Source: an uncultured virus (IMG/VR IMGVR_UViG_3300025000_000094)
Taxonomy: Duplodnaviria > Heunggongvirae > Uroviricota > Caudoviricetes
Virus record (IMG/VR): IMGVR_UViG_3300025000_000094
DNA: 64,000 bases
Reading direction: 5' to 3' (one strand)
This document shows positions 48,287 through 58,141 of the stretch, one piece after another (positions within the stretch are counted from its first letter, which is position 1; each line of letters opens with the position of its first letter). Both the position numbers and the translations under genes were made by a program. The notes under the pieces were generated by a model. The model had not been told where the DNA came from and did not search any database. It was given only the letters and a program-made list of their open reading frames with translations.

Positions 48287-48302
48287 GGTATTTATCCCTC
48301 CG

Positions 48303-48581
48303 TTAGGAAATTGTCTCCCAGCTCGCCAGCGTTACGAAGCCGTCGGCGTTCTGCCCCGCCGTGGCCACGCCGGTATAAATCATCAGCGCCGGCAGGTCCG
48401 ACGGGATGCACAGGAAGGCCACCGTGGGCGCTGCCGCCGCGGCAACCTTCAGCTGCGCCATCGTGGAGCCGGTCTTGATGCCGGCGCCGCCCGCCACCAG
48501 GGCCAGCACGTAGTCGAAATTCGCCTGCACTTTATCGCCGTCAGGATCTCCGCCGTTGGCTATCGTGTTCGGGTACACCAT
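48303..48581 (-). CDS. Small tail-associated protein
   Basis: DGDKVQANFD resembles fibre N-terminal attachment motifs. Confidence 0.5.
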   Translation of the reverse strand: MVYPNTIANGGDPDGDKVQANFDYVLALVAGGAGIKTGSTMAQLKVAAAAAPTVAFLCIPSDLPALMIYTGVATAGQNADGFVTLASWETIS

Positions 48582-50999
48582 TTAAACCACCTCCACCAGG
48601 TCAAAGATTGTCGCCCACCGCTTCCACCATTCCAGCTCTATGCCCTCAATGCGCATCACCGTCTTCCAGAAAGAGATGCGCAGCGCCTTGGTGGTGTCAT
48701 TCCAGTACTCAATATCTGGGTCGCCCCATTTAACATGTGTGTCGCCCCACTTCCAGGGCTTCAGGGCTGTGGGCTCCTCATAGGACAGACGCACCGTGTC
48801 GGCCAGTTCCAGGTGGGGCAGGAAGATGGTCTCCGCCTGGCACCGCCGACGCTTCACCTTTACGTAGGCCAGGATGGTGGGCGCGATGGCCTCGGCCAGG
48901 TAGACATTCTCCTCAGGCAAGAGCGAGCTGGACTGCACTTTGTACTTTATCTTGCGGCCGTTAAGGCCGTAGATGCCGGGCGTATTGGCGCTGTCGTCTG
49001 ATATTTTGGTGTAGTCTCCGTAGACGGCCTCCACGTAGTTGCTCAGCCGGTCGGTGCCGTCCGTCACGTTGCGCACGTCAATCACGTTGAGCGCGCTGGT
49101 AAGGTCCATCACCGGAGTGAGCGTGGTGCTGCGCGGCTGGAACAAGAATTTTCCCTCCGCGTTGAAGCCCATCTCGTAACAGCATTTCTCGGCAAGGTCC
49201 TTTAAAAGCTGCAGGCAGTTCATGCCGGTCAGGTTGACCAGGGAGATAGTTGTGTTAGACGTGTAATATTTGAAGGTGAGCTGGTCCAGTATGGGAGAAT
49301 AGGCCCCAAGCGTGTCAGAATAAAGCAGACAGCGTATCTGGATATAGCGTTTTGCCGTAAGGTGCGCCGGCAGGCCGGTATTAAGGACCGCCAACCAGTC
49401 CCCCCAGGTGGAGTTATCGTCAGAGTTGCGGGTCTCTATCACGTAAGACGTACCGGCCGGCAGGGTCTGAATGGGGGTTATAGCGCCGTAGCTGGCCACA
49501 GCAATGCTGGTATCTATGCTGCCGAAAGTTAGGCTGCCGGCGGCAACGTAGCGGGCCGTTATTGAACCCACCATACAGTCAAAGGTGTTGTTCTGTTCCA
49601 CGTACAAGGTGATGTAGTTTAGGTCTGAGTAATAGGACAGGCCGTCCATGGTGCCCAGGAGAACATCGTTCTTGTAGAAGTTCAGCTTATTATCGCTGGT
49701 GGTCTCCATGCGGAAAGATGCCAGAGAGAAACCCGGGCTCACCAAGCCGAGGTCCAGCACTTCGTGAGTGGTATTCGGAGGTGTGTCATAGCCGTTACAC
49801 ACATACACGTGACCGTTCGGCTTGAACTTAAAGAAAAGGCCGGAACCCACAGAGCCGTCGGACGTGCTGGTAAGGCCCAAATAAGCCGTGCGCACTGTGC
49901 CGTCTATTAGCGACCCCATGGCCGTGGTGATCTCGAACACACCCATAAAGCGCGTGGGTCGGGAACATTTGTTCACCCCCACGGACAGAGGACGCCAGTA
50001 CGGTGCGTCCATTCCCCAGCCGCTATTGTAGGTCCAGCCATCCTCTATCACGCCGGCGATAGCGGCAGAGTCAAGCAACGCGGAGCCAGAATAGCGCACC
50101 GTATCTATATTGGATTTTGTGCTGGCGTCCCAGTCTGCCTTGCTGGTATAGGTCACCAGGTTCAGGATACTGTTCGAATATACCGCCGGAGAGATGGCAT
50201 AGCTGGTAATGCCGCACAACGTCATCACGCGCTGCACAACATCTTCCAGCGGCTTATCCTGGAACCAGTAGCTGTAAGCGCCATAGAGATTTTCTCCGGC
50301 GGTCAGCGCGTCCACCAGGGTTATGGTGGCGCCGGCGGTCTTAACGTTCAGGCCGGTGACAGAATAATCTATCTTTGGAATGAGCGCGGCGGCGGTCTCA
50401 TAAGTGCTGCCGCGGCGTACGTCCCATATACGGCCCACGCCGCCCATACCGCCCACCGTGAACTCTGAGCCAGAGTCCTCTCCGAATATGACGTAAGCAG
50501 ACGGCGGGTGTGCTTCCACTGTGGTGGAGATATCCTCGGCGTTAAACTGCTCGAAGAACGACATGGCGCCGGACACGGTAATGACGGCGGTCTTCTTCTT
50601 CAGGCTGCAGACCGGGTCAGTATTGATGTAGCCCAGGAAGACGTATGGCTTCTCGTAGGTGCCGTCGGCCAGCTGCGCGCCTACCTTTATGCGGATCTTG
50701 CTGCCGCGCAGAACATAGCTGCCGGAGAAGTAGCCTTTTGTGTTGCCAGGCTTCCACTGCTGCCGGTCGTTGCGCATGGTCAGCGTGGTGTTGTCTATGG
50801 TCCAGGAGTTGAAGGCCTCCTTGTCGAACTTCCACATGATCTTGCCGGCGTCTATGATCTGAGCCGTGATGTCCACCGGGGTAGCGTCGAAGGTATAGGA
50901 CGTGCCGTTCCAGATGCGGCGATAAAGTTCCACGGTCTTGGAGTAGACCGGGTTCTGGCGAGCCAGAGAGGCTTTAAGGTTATCTGTTGCGGCTGGCAT
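48582..50999 (-). CDS. Tail tip / hub protein with inserted module
   Basis: 805 aa downstream of the tape measure; LKDLAEKCCYEMGFNAEGKFLF and PHLELADTV hub-like motifs. Confidence 0.65.
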   Translation of the reverse strand: MPAATDNLKASLARQNPVYSKTVELYRRIWNGTSYTFDATPVDITAQIIDAGKIMWKFDKEAFNSWTIDNTTLTMRNDRQQWKPGNTKGYFSGSYVLRGSKIRIKVGAQLADGTYEKPYVFLGYINTDPVCSLKKKTAVITVSGAMSFFEQFNAEDISTTVEAHPPSAYVIFGEDSGSEFTVGGMGGVGRIWDVRRGSTYETAAALIPKIDYSVTGLNVKTAGATITLVDALTAGENLYGAYSYWFQDKPLEDVVQRVMTLCGITSYAISPAVYSNSILNLVTYTSKADWDASTKSNIDTVRYSGSALLDSAAIAGVIEDGWTYNSGWGMDAPYWRPLSVGVNKCSRPTRFMGVFEITTAMGSLIDGTVRTAYLGLTSTSDGSVGSGLFFKFKPNGHVYVCNGYDTPPNTTHEVLDLGLVSPGFSLASFRMETTSDNKLNFYKNDVLLGTMDGLSYYSDLNYITLYVEQNNTFDCMVGSITARYVAAGSLTFGSIDTSIAVASYGAITPIQTLPAGTSYVIETRNSDDNSTWGDWLAVLNTGLPAHLTAKRYIQIRCLLYSDTLGAYSPILDQLTFKYYTSNTTISLVNLTGMNCLQLLKDLAEKCCYEMGFNAEGKFLFQPRSTTLTPVMDLTSALNVIDVRNVTDGTDRLSNYVEAVYGDYTKISDDSANTPGIYGLNGRKIKYKVQSSSLLPEENVYLAEAIAPTILAYVKVKRRRCQAETIFLPHLELADTVRLSYEEPTALKPWKWGDTHVKWGDPDIEYWNDTTKALRISFWKTVMRIEGIELEWWKRWATIFDLVEVV

Positions 51000-51000
51000 T

Positions 51001-51759
51001 TTAGCGTTCCTGCAACTCCAGGCTTATCTCGTAAAGGCCCGTTTTACGGTTGATGTCGCGCCTGGGCGCATTGACTATGGCGCACTCAAAGCAATCCTCG
51101 GGCGCGTGGTCCTCGTAGAAAACGATGGTAATGAACTCAGCCGCCTTCATGTAGGGCAGCAGCAGGTCGTGGTCGGCCTTGGCTACGTCGTAGAGCTGAC
51201 CTGATGCGGCGAACTTGGTCCACTCCCGGTAGAATACCAGGCGGCCGTCGCCGGTACGCTCGTAGCCGGAGCGCTGCTCGTCCTGCCGGGGCAGGGAACT
51301 ACGCCACAGCTGGGTGCCGTCCAGGATTGACAGGCAGAACTTAAGCTCGCCGATGAACTTCTGCGCGTTGGCTGTCTGGGTGGTGCTCAGGCGCATACGC
51401 ACACGAGAAGCGCTGATGGCGCTGGCAACCGAGACATACTTATAGGCCGTGGTCTCCGCAGTCATGGCGGCTTCCGGGATGGCTACCCAGGCGCTGCCGT
51501 TCCAATAGTCCGCGCCGCCGGACTTAACGTTGTGGTTAAGCATTATGATGCGGTCGAAGGTGCGCGAGATCTCCGTGCCCTGCCAGTTCTTGAAGATAAT
51601 CTCTATGGTCTCTTCGGTGGCGTCGTCAGAGCCGGAGCTGGAATACTTGGTCTCCTGGTTCTGGTCGTAAAGATACGCCTTCAGCGCGTCGCCGCTAAGG
51701 CAGGTGATAGCGCAGTTCTCGTCCAGCCAGTTCTGCGAGTATATTTTTAAGCCGTTCAT
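51001..51759 (-). CDS. Distal tail / baseplate protein, putative
   Basis: Immediately after the tape measure; ends SLELQER. Confidence 0.55.
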   Translation of the reverse strand: MNGLKIYSQNWLDENCAITCLSGDALKAYLYDQNQETKYSSSGSDDATEETIEIIFKNWQGTEISRTFDRIIMLNHNVKSGGADYWNGSAWVAIPEAAMTAETTAYKYVSVASAISASRVRMRLSTTQTANAQKFIGELKFCLSILDGTQLWRSSLPRQDEQRSGYERTGDGRLVFYREWTKFAASGQLYDVAKADHDLLLPYMKAAEFITIVFYEDHAPEDCFECAIVNAPRRDINRKTGLYEISLELQER

Positions 51760-53648
51760 AGTGCGGTGTTCCCCGCTTTCATCCCACCGACCTTGCTGAC
51801 AACGTTGGACAGCTCGCCTGCGGCCCGGTCACCCTGGCGCGCGGACTCGGAGATCCTGTCGCAGAGTGCGTCCACGCTGTCCACTATACCGGAGATGTAG
51901 AAGTTGTTGATAACACTGCCGCCCCCTCCGCCGGCCGCCGAAGCACCGGCAAAGGCAGGCGCGAGAGACGGGGCAGGGCGGCCTTTCATCAGGTTGCTGG
52001 TGGTGTCAGCGTCCAGCACAAACTCGCCGCGGTGGACCACGCCGGCCACCTCGTTGGGGTCGCCGTCCCCGGTGTAACCGCCCTGGGAGAAACCCAGGAA
52101 CTTCAGCAAGCCGCCGCCTTTGTTGCTGAACATGGAGAAGATGCCGTAAACGGCCGCCTTGGCCAGCATCTCCTCGGCCATGTCCAGGAAGGCTTTCAGG
52201 ATACCGTTAAAGACCTTCTTGGCCAGCGCTTCGAGGTTCAAGAAATCCTTGCTGCTGGAGGTGAAGAAGTCGTGGAAGGCGGCCTTAGCCGGCCCCACGG
52301 AGCCGCCGATGACCTTCAGCCAGTTATCCCTGAAGTTCTCGGTCTTTTCGTGCATCACTATCAGCGCCTGCTGCAGGCCGCCGGAAATAGACTGCGAACC
52401 CTCTTCCCAGGCTACCTGCATCTCTTCGACCGTAGCCTTGTTCTTCTGCTCGGCGTCTTTCCAGTTTCGCTCTATCTGCTTCCAGGTCTCGGTGTTCACC
52501 CTGGCGCGCAGCTCTTCGGTGGGGCGGATGGCGCTGACAAACGTGGCGCTATGCCCGGCCCAGGCGGTATAGTAATCCTGCATGGCCCGGTTGTTGCGCA
52601 ACCAGGCTACGGTGGCCGTGTCTATTTCGCCGGCCTGCTTGGGCATGTTGATCTGAGTATTCTCCGGGGTGGTGTCCCCGGGCGGAGTGGTGGTGCCGCC
52701 GCCGCCCTGCCCCATCTTAGCCTTGAGCAGATCTATCTGCACCATCAGGCTGTGGATATCCTTCTTGGCCAGATTGATGGCCGCGGGGCTGCGGTCCAGC
52801 CAGTCAAAAAAACCGCTCTTGGGGCTTTCCAGTTTCTTCAGGTGGACCTGTATACGCTCAAGCATTTCCTCAAGAGCTTTAACCCGGTGCTCCTTCGTCT
52901 CCGGGCCCAGCACGGAAAGCGCCCTGGTCACCTTGGTCAGGGCCGTCACCACAAGTGTGGCTGCCGGAGTAAGGCGCTCGCCCCAGGTCTTTACCAGGTC
53001 GTCCCATTCCAGCCCAAGCAGATGCACCTGCCCGGAGTAGCCCTTCATCTCGGCCGCGGCCGCTCCGGAGAAGCGCGCCTGGATCTGCTTGTGGACTTCC
53101 GCGAAGATCTGCGCCTTGGGCAGGCTTTCGTCTATCTGAATGCCGAGCAGATTAAGGCCCTTGGTCTGTCCCTGGAAGGCTTTGCCCAGAATGTCGGCCG
53201 CGCTGGCCAGGTCCCCGGTCTTGGTGCGCAGATCCAGGGAGTCCCGGATGGCCTGCTTAAGCGCGTCACCCCACAGGCCGCGCTGCACCAGGGAGCGCTC
53301 GGCCGCTATAATCTCTTCATCCGTGGCCATGCTCACGCGCGCCTGGGCCTTGGCGAACTCCACCAGGTCCTGCGTGACGGCCCTGTTGGTGATCCCCAAG
53401 TTGGCTAACGCATTGGAAAGCTGGTTAATGCTTTTCTCTTCCTCGGCGAACGCCTGCACGGCGTCCTTGGCGAAGGTGTAAATGCCGGCCCCGATGCCGC
53501 CGGCGCCCAGGAGCCCCATGAACTTGGTCATGCCGCGGCTGACGCGGCCCACTTCCCGGTCTATGGAGTTGACCGAGTTAATGGCCGCGTCTACGCTTTT
53601 GGCGTCTACGTTGAAACCGAAGGATGTAACAAGTTTTTGAAGGCTCAT
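51756..53648 (-). CDS. Tape measure protein
   Basis: 630 aa helical; FSQGGYTGDG...AGVVHRGEFV C-terminal motif. Confidence 0.88.
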   Translation of the reverse strand: MSLQKLVTSFGFNVDAKSVDAAINSVNSIDREVGRVSRGMTKFMGLLGAGGIGAGIYTFAKDAVQAFAEEEKSINQLSNALANLGITNRAVTQDLVEFAKAQARVSMATDEEIIAAERSLVQRGLWGDALKQAIRDSLDLRTKTGDLASAADILGKAFQGQTKGLNLLGIQIDESLPKAQIFAEVHKQIQARFSGAAAAEMKGYSGQVHLLGLEWDDLVKTWGERLTPAATLVVTALTKVTRALSVLGPETKEHRVKALEEMLERIQVHLKKLESPKSGFFDWLDRSPAAINLAKKDIHSLMVQIDLLKAKMGQGGGGTTTPPGDTTPENTQINMPKQAGEIDTATVAWLRNNRAMQDYYTAWAGHSATFVSAIRPTEELRARVNTETWKQIERNWKDAEQKNKATVEEMQVAWEEGSQSISGGLQQALIVMHEKTENFRDNWLKVIGGSVGPAKAAFHDFFTSSSKDFLNLEALAKKVFNGILKAFLDMAEEMLAKAAVYGIFSMFSNKGGGLLKFLGFSQGGYTGDGDPNEVAGVVHRGEFVLDADTTSNLMKGRPAPSLAPAFAGASAAGGGGGSVINNFYISGIVDSVDALCDRISESARQGDRAAGELSNVVSKVGGMKAGNTAL

Positions 53649-53655
53649 GATAACC

Positions 53656-53913
53656 TCAGCCCAGGCCCCAACTTCGAAGTTTATCCGCTTGTTTCTGGGG
53701 GGCGGGCGGCCCGGAATTTATCCCTTGCGCCAGGCGCACCATGGTATCGCGCTTAATGGCCTGTTTGACGGCCCAGCGAATCCACCTCGGACTTTTATCT
53801 AAAAGGGCTTCAAAAGTATAAGCTGGGAACACTGACGCTATGAGAGCTAAGGCACTGGAAAGTGCGTCTTCTATTTCTTCGGCTTGGACAGTTCCAGTAC
53901 CCTTATGAAATTT
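53656..53913 (-). CDS. Tail assembly chaperone, -1 frameshift extension (gpT-like)
   Basis: In-frame slippery heptamer A AAT TTC at 53913-53907; the -1 frame is open to TGA at 53658-53656, just before the tape measure. Confidence 0.75.
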   Translation of the reverse strand, partial: KFHKGTGTVQAEEIEDALSSALALIASVFPAYTFEALLDKSPRWIRWAVKQAIKRDTMVRLAQGINSGPPAPQKQADKLRSWGLG

Positions 53914-54245
53914 GAGAATATCTCACCGAAGTCGTTGGTCTCACAGATGGCCACGGCCAGGCGAGAAAGTTCTCCCAGACTCACCTCTGATGTTACTTCA
54001 GGAGGCAGGCCGGTAATGATGGCTACCAGGTCCCCCACGTTTTCATCCAGGTCCTGGAATATTTTGAGCACGAAATCCGCGTCAGAGCCTACCGGCCCCT
54101 GCGAAATTTTAACGGCGCTAAGCTGCAAAAACTTAAGGGCGCGGTTCAACCGCTTGCAGGATAATTCTCCGATCTCTACCTTGTGCCTCTGGATGACCAC
54201 TATTCTGGTCACTGGATCAATAACTTGCATAGCTGATGGTTCCAT
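53871..54245 (-). CDS. Tail assembly chaperone (gpG-like)
   Basis: Between tail tube and tape measure; start refined to MEPSA behind SD AAGGAGG. Confidence 0.75.
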   Translation of the reverse strand: MEPSAMQVIDPVTRIVVIQRHKVEIGELSCKRLNRALKFLQLSAVKISQGPVGSDADFVLKIFQDLDENVGDLVAIITGLPPEVTSEVSLGELSRLAVAICETNDFGEIFSNFIRVLELSKPKK

Positions 54246-54306
54246 TGTTCCCTCCTTATTATCCCCGGCGGCCGCCACTGCACCGCCGGGGTTACTGCGC
54301 GCCTCT

Positions 54307-55176
54307 TTAGGCGGTGACGCTGAACTGCTCTATCTTCGGGGCCGCCAGCCGGTTGCCCGCTTTGTCCTTCAGGCCGGTGCTGATGATGGCCTGCAGGCTG
54401 TCCGAGGCCGTCCAGTTGGCGGTCGGGGTGAACAGTATCTTCTTGGTGGCCGCGTTGTAGCTTATGGCGCCGGCAACCAGGGCCGCCGCTGCGGGCACGG
54501 TGGTGTTGATTATCTGCACGGTGTCGCCGTACACTATGCTGTTCTCGTCCATCGGGTTGGCCTCGGTGATGGTCCACTCCACGGTGGTCTTGGCGTCCTT
54601 GACTACGGTGCCGCCGTCAACGGGCGAGCTCAGGGCCACGGTAGGCGGGGTTGTGTCGCTGGTGCCGGGGTCGAAGTGGCCGAAGCGCTGCTCGTCGGTC
54701 TTGGTGGTATCCACCAGCACATCGAACTCCACGTCTATGACGGTTTCCTTGCCCTTGGTGTAGGCCGGGCTGGTCTTGCCGGTGGGCACGCACTTCCAGA
54801 TGGTCAGCTTGGCGTTGCCGCCGCCGATGCCCTTGGGGTTGATGAAAAGGGTGCGCTCCGTCACGCTGGTCTTGCCGCCGAAGTAGAACACCCCGTCCAC
54901 TACGGCGGTGGTCGGATAGCCGAACGCCAATGCCATCTTGGCCGCGGTGATCTCTATCATAGAGAGCGTGATCTTCATGCCCTCGTCCGTGATGAACTTC
55001 TTCACGGTGCCTATCACCTGGTCCGGCTTAACGTCGTACTGCGTCTCTTCGTGTGAGATCTTAACGCCGCCCGTTATAAAGCCCACGTCCACCGCGTCCG
55101 CCTCAACGGCGCCGTAGTTGCCCACCTTAAGGCTGTTCGCCGCCTGCAAACCCACTACTATGTTTTCCGCGTCCAT
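54307..55176 (-). CDS. Major tail tube protein with C-terminal Ig-like domain
   Basis: DVGFITGGVKI tube motif; DTTPPTV...FTP...GLKDKAGNRL Ig-like tail. Confidence 0.85.
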   Translation of the reverse strand: MDAENIVVGLQAANSLKVGNYGAVEADAVDVGFITGGVKISHEETQYDVKPDQVIGTVKKFITDEGMKITLSMIEITAAKMALAFGYPTTAVVDGVFYFGGKTSVTERTLFINPKGIGGGNAKLTIWKCVPTGKTSPAYTKGKETVIDVEFDVLVDTTKTDEQRFGHFDPGTSDTTPPTVALSSPVDGGTVVKDAKTTVEWTITEANPMDENSIVYGDTVQIINTTVPAAAALVAGAISYNAATKKILFTPTANWTASDSLQAIISTGLKDKAGNRLAAPKIEQFSVTA

Positions 55177-55189
55177 GGTTATTCTCCTC

Positions 55190-55594
55190 TTACTTGAGTT
55201 TGAACTTAAAGGCGAACATCGCCGCCCTGTGATACTCTCGCGGCTTCTCCGCGAAATTGGAAACCCCGCCCACGTGCTTGCCCCAGAATATCCGGTGCGT
55301 GGTAGACGGGATGGAAATCTCGTCCTGCTTGTCGAGCATGGCCTTCAGCCTGTTGATAATATTATTGGCTGCCACCTGCTCGAACTCGCCTACGAAGACG
55401 GAGACCTGGATGGTCATTTTGTCCATGACCTCTTCCATGCTGCCCTCGGAGACCGGGCCGAAGATCAGGTAGGGCGCCGCGGTGTCCGGAGGCGCCTCCT
55501 CGGGGTAGATGCGCGGATCTAAAACGGTAGCGCCGGCTATAAGGCCGCGCAGGGTGGCGTCTCCCGCCAGGTAAGCGTAAAAATCGGTCAGCAT
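55190..55594 (-). CDS. Tail terminator / completion protein (DUF3168-like)
   Basis: RIYPEEAP...PYLIF...IQVSVF. Confidence 0.8.
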   Translation of the reverse strand: MLTDFYAYLAGDATLRGLIAGATVLDPRIYPEEAPPDTAAPYLIFGPVSEGSMEEVMDKMTIQVSVFVGEFEQVAANNIINRLKAMLDKQDEISIPSTTHRIFWGKHVGGVSNFAEKPREYHRAAMFAFKFKLK

Positions 55595-55595
55595 G

Positions 55596-56204
55596 TCATT
55601 CTTTCCCGAAAGGCTTAAAGTCGTACTGCTGCTCGAACTTGTCTATCTTTGCGCCGGTGTAAGGGTCATAGTTGTACTGCTTGGCGTATTTGCTTAAAAC
55701 CTTCTCGATGGCTATCTCCACCTTGATGGGCGCTTTGGCCCAGAAGGCCTCCAGGGTGTCCCAGAACCACGGACGGGGCAGCACGCGCGCCTCATTAGTC
55801 TGCACGTCCTGCAGGCGGTCGTACTTGTACTCGCGGTTCCCAGCGAAGTTGGTGCCCTTCTTTACGAAGCGCGTTCGGTGCTTCTTGGTGCCGTACTCGA
55901 GCATGAAAGCGTAAAAGGCTTTCGTGGCGAAGCCCACGGTCAGCAGGATCTCTTTGCCTAGGTGCTTGGGCTCCAGCTTGGCGTAGATGCTGGAGCGCAG
56001 CGTGCCGCTTTGGGAGTTGGGCGCCTCACCCGGCTCGGACGAAAAACCGTTTCCGTCCTGTACCTGGGCCCGGAGTGCCGCCTGCGCCTCTTTGCCCACG
56101 TTCTTTAAGACGTCCTCTACGCTGCTCTCAACGTCCAGGCCGATACCCTGCAGCTGGGAGATAAGCTCGTCCTTGCCCTCAAGGCGAAAGTAGGTCTCGT
56201 TCAT
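55596..56204 (-). CDS. HK97 gp10-like tail component
   Basis: SGTLRSSI, YAFMLEYGT, PRPW; start refined to MNETYF. Confidence 0.8.
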   Translation of the reverse strand: MNETYFRLEGKDELISQLQGIGLDVESSVEDVLKNVGKEAQAALRAQVQDGNGFSSEPGEAPNSQSGTLRSSIYAKLEPKHLGKEILLTVGFATKAFYAFMLEYGTKKHRTRFVKKGTNFAGNREYKYDRLQDVQTNEARVLPRPWFWDTLEAFWAKAPIKVEIAIEKVLSKYAKQYNYDPYTGAKIDKFEQQYDFKPFGKE

Positions 56205-56545
56205 GACCCGGCCTCCATGATCTCCTTGCACATTAAGTCCAGGAAGATCTTGCGCATTTCGGGGTCTATCACGGAAACGATAACGAAGTACCTCGGGGAG
56301 GTGGTTCCCCAAGCCACGCGCCAGCCCGGCCGCACGCCGGCGTGATAGCGTATCCGCACCTTCACGTCCACAACGGAGAGCATCTGCTGGCCAGCCAGGT
56401 ACTGATCGCCGCGCAGCGGGCGGATCTCCGCGCGCACGTTGGAGAACTGCGTGGTCCAGGTGTTCGCGGGCGCGCCCAGCGAATTAGGGCCGGTGGAGAC
56501 CGGCTTCTGCAGGACCACAACGTGGCGGAGGGCGCCCGCGTGCAT
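56201..56545 (-). CDS. Head closure protein (SPP1 gp16-like)
   Basis: MHAGALRHVVVLQ...VRAEIRPLRG...IRY. Confidence 0.85.
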   Translation of the reverse strand: MHAGALRHVVVLQKPVSTGPNSLGAPANTWTTQFSNVRAEIRPLRGDQYLAGQQMLSVVDVKVRIRYHAGVRPGWRVAWGTTSPRYFVIVSVIDPEMRKIFLDLMCKEIMEAGS

Positions 56546-57144
56546 TAGTCCCCCCTCTGGTACATGTCTATCTGACTCAGGATATCCTGCAGGGTGAGCG
56601 GTAACTGCTTTATGTCGGTGTTTCCTACCGCGCCGGCGGTGGCGTCACGGTTCTCGTACCAGTAGGAGGCCAGCATGTTGACCGCCAGCCTTACCTCTTC
56701 AGGCACGGCCGCTGCGGCGCCGTAGCCCGCAGTAAACTCTATGTCTACGCCGTTGACCTCCTTGAGGTCGTCGGAAGGCCAGGCGTACCCGTCCTTTAGC
56801 TTTATGCGGGCCGGCAGGGATACCAAGTCGGTTACATAGCTGCTCGCGGCCAGGGTCCGCACGTTTCCCTCAACGTCGGTGTACTTAACACTGGACACAG
56901 CCGACACAGGGCCTATCGGCAGCTTTACCACGTCCGCGGCCGGGAACTCATCCAGGTAGTAGTTCCATGTCTGGGTCACCATGCGTATGCCGGTCACCCC
57001 CTCTATCCAGCGCCGGGCGGCCTTAACCAGGGCGCCTATAAGCGTGTCGTCTTCGCTTATGTCCACGCGCATGTGGGCCTTGGCCTCCGCGGTGGTCACA
57101 GGTTCCGCCGCCGGTGCTGTCTTAAGATAGAGGGTTCCTTTCAT
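56545..57144 (-). CDS. Head-tail connector (gp6-like)
   Basis: EPVTTAEAKAHMRVD..DDTLI...WYENR. Confidence 0.88.
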   Translation of the reverse strand: MKGTLYLKTAPAAEPVTTAEAKAHMRVDISEDDTLIGALVKAARRWIEGVTGIRMVTQTWNYYLDEFPAADVVKLPIGPVSAVSSVKYTDVEGNVRTLAASSYVTDLVSLPARIKLKDGYAWPSDDLKEVNGVDIEFTAGYGAAAAVPEEVRLAVNMLASYWYENRDATAGAVGNTDIKQLPLTLQDILSQIDMYQRGD

Positions 57145-57153
57145 GGCGGTCTC

Positions 57154-57471
57154 TTACTCCTGCGCGGGCTTCTCCAGCAGGGCCTTCATGGCGGCTTTGG
57201 CCTCGGCCACGGCTTTACCGGCGGCAGCCTTCTCCTGCTTGTTGCCGGCCTTTTTAAGGGCTTCCTGGGCATCGGCCAGCACCTTCTCGGCGGCCACTAC
57301 CTCCGGGGCTTTGGCGGCCTCTTCGGGCGCCGGCGCGGGCTTCTCCTGCACGGGCGCGGCGTAGCCGCCGTCTATGAAGGCTTTAGCCTCGGCTTCGGGC
57401 AGGTTGTACTCCTGCCCGGCCAGCAGCACGCCGGCGGGACCGGCGGCAAGGGTTATCATTTTTACTTTCAT
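57154..57471 (-). CDS. Small capsid-associated hypothetical protein
   Basis: MKVKM...AGP.G...EAKAFIDGGYA, Ala/Lys-rich tail. Confidence 0.6.
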   Translation of the reverse strand: MKVKMITLAAGPAGVLLAGQEYNLPEAEAKAFIDGGYAAPVQEKPAPAPEEAAKAPEVVAAEKVLADAQEALKKAGNKQEKAAAGKAVAEAKAAMKALLEKPAQE

Positions 57472-57483
57472 GGTGTTGTCTCC

Positions 57484-58068
57484 TTACTGTGCCCCAACCT
57501 TAACCCAAGACTGATCCCCGGCCGGAGCCTCGGTAGAGATGTAGAGCGCATTGTCGCTGGTGAGCACGGCCAGGCAGTTCTTGGCATAGCCGCTGGCCGG
57601 CAGGGCCGCCACGGCGCCTATCAGGCAGAAGGACTGCGAAGATGTGACGGACGTGGACACTGTGACGGTAGCCGCGGTATGGGTAACAGCCCCGGTAAAA
57701 GCGGCGGTAGTGCTGATAAGGCCGCCGTTAAAGGTGGCCACGCCGGTCCACGCCTGCGCGCCGCTAGCCGCGGTAAACGTGGATTTGTAGTTGGACGCGC
57801 CGTAGTAGGCGTTGCCGGTCTGGGTAAGCACGCCAGACTGCGTTAAGGCCGCGGCGTTGGTAAACACGGCGCCGGCCTGGATGTCCAGGATGGCCCCGCT
57901 CAGCAACTCCATCTCGCCGCCGCTGGTTATCACTTTCTTGGCGCCGCCCTGCTCCGTGTATATCTTGGTGTTATACTGGGCGAACACCGGCGAAGCGGCG
58001 GCCATGATCCCGATTATAAGCACCACCACCAGCAGCTCTAAAAACGTAAATCCTTTTCTGATGTTCAT
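57484..58068 (-). CDS. Head fibre-like protein with type IV prepilin-like N-terminus
   Basis: MNIRKG-FTFLELLVVVLIIGIMAA (G-1/F+1/E+5), then YNTKIYTEQGG head-fibre-like start; SD GGAGG; start refined. Confidence 0.7.
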   Translation of the reverse strand: MNIRKGFTFLELLVVVLIIGIMAAASPVFAQYNTKIYTEQGGAKKVITSGGEMELLSGAILDIQAGAVFTNAAALTQSGVLTQTGNAYYGASNYKSTFTAASGAQAWTGVATFNGGLISTTAAFTGAVTHTAATVTVSTSVTSSQSFCLIGAVAALPASGYAKNCLAVLTSDNALYISTEAPAGDQSWVKVGAQ

Positions 58069-58086
58069 CATTCCTCCTTGGTTAGT

Positions 58087-58120
58087 AAAAAGGCCCCGGC
58101 CATGTTTCAGACCGGGGCCT
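58087..58120 (-). terminator. Intrinsic terminator after the capsid/decoration genes
   Basis: AGGCCCCGG..CCGGGGCCT hairpin followed by a T run on the minus strand. Confidence 0.7.
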
Positions 58121-58141
58121 CCGGTCATTTAGCAGTTCCGC

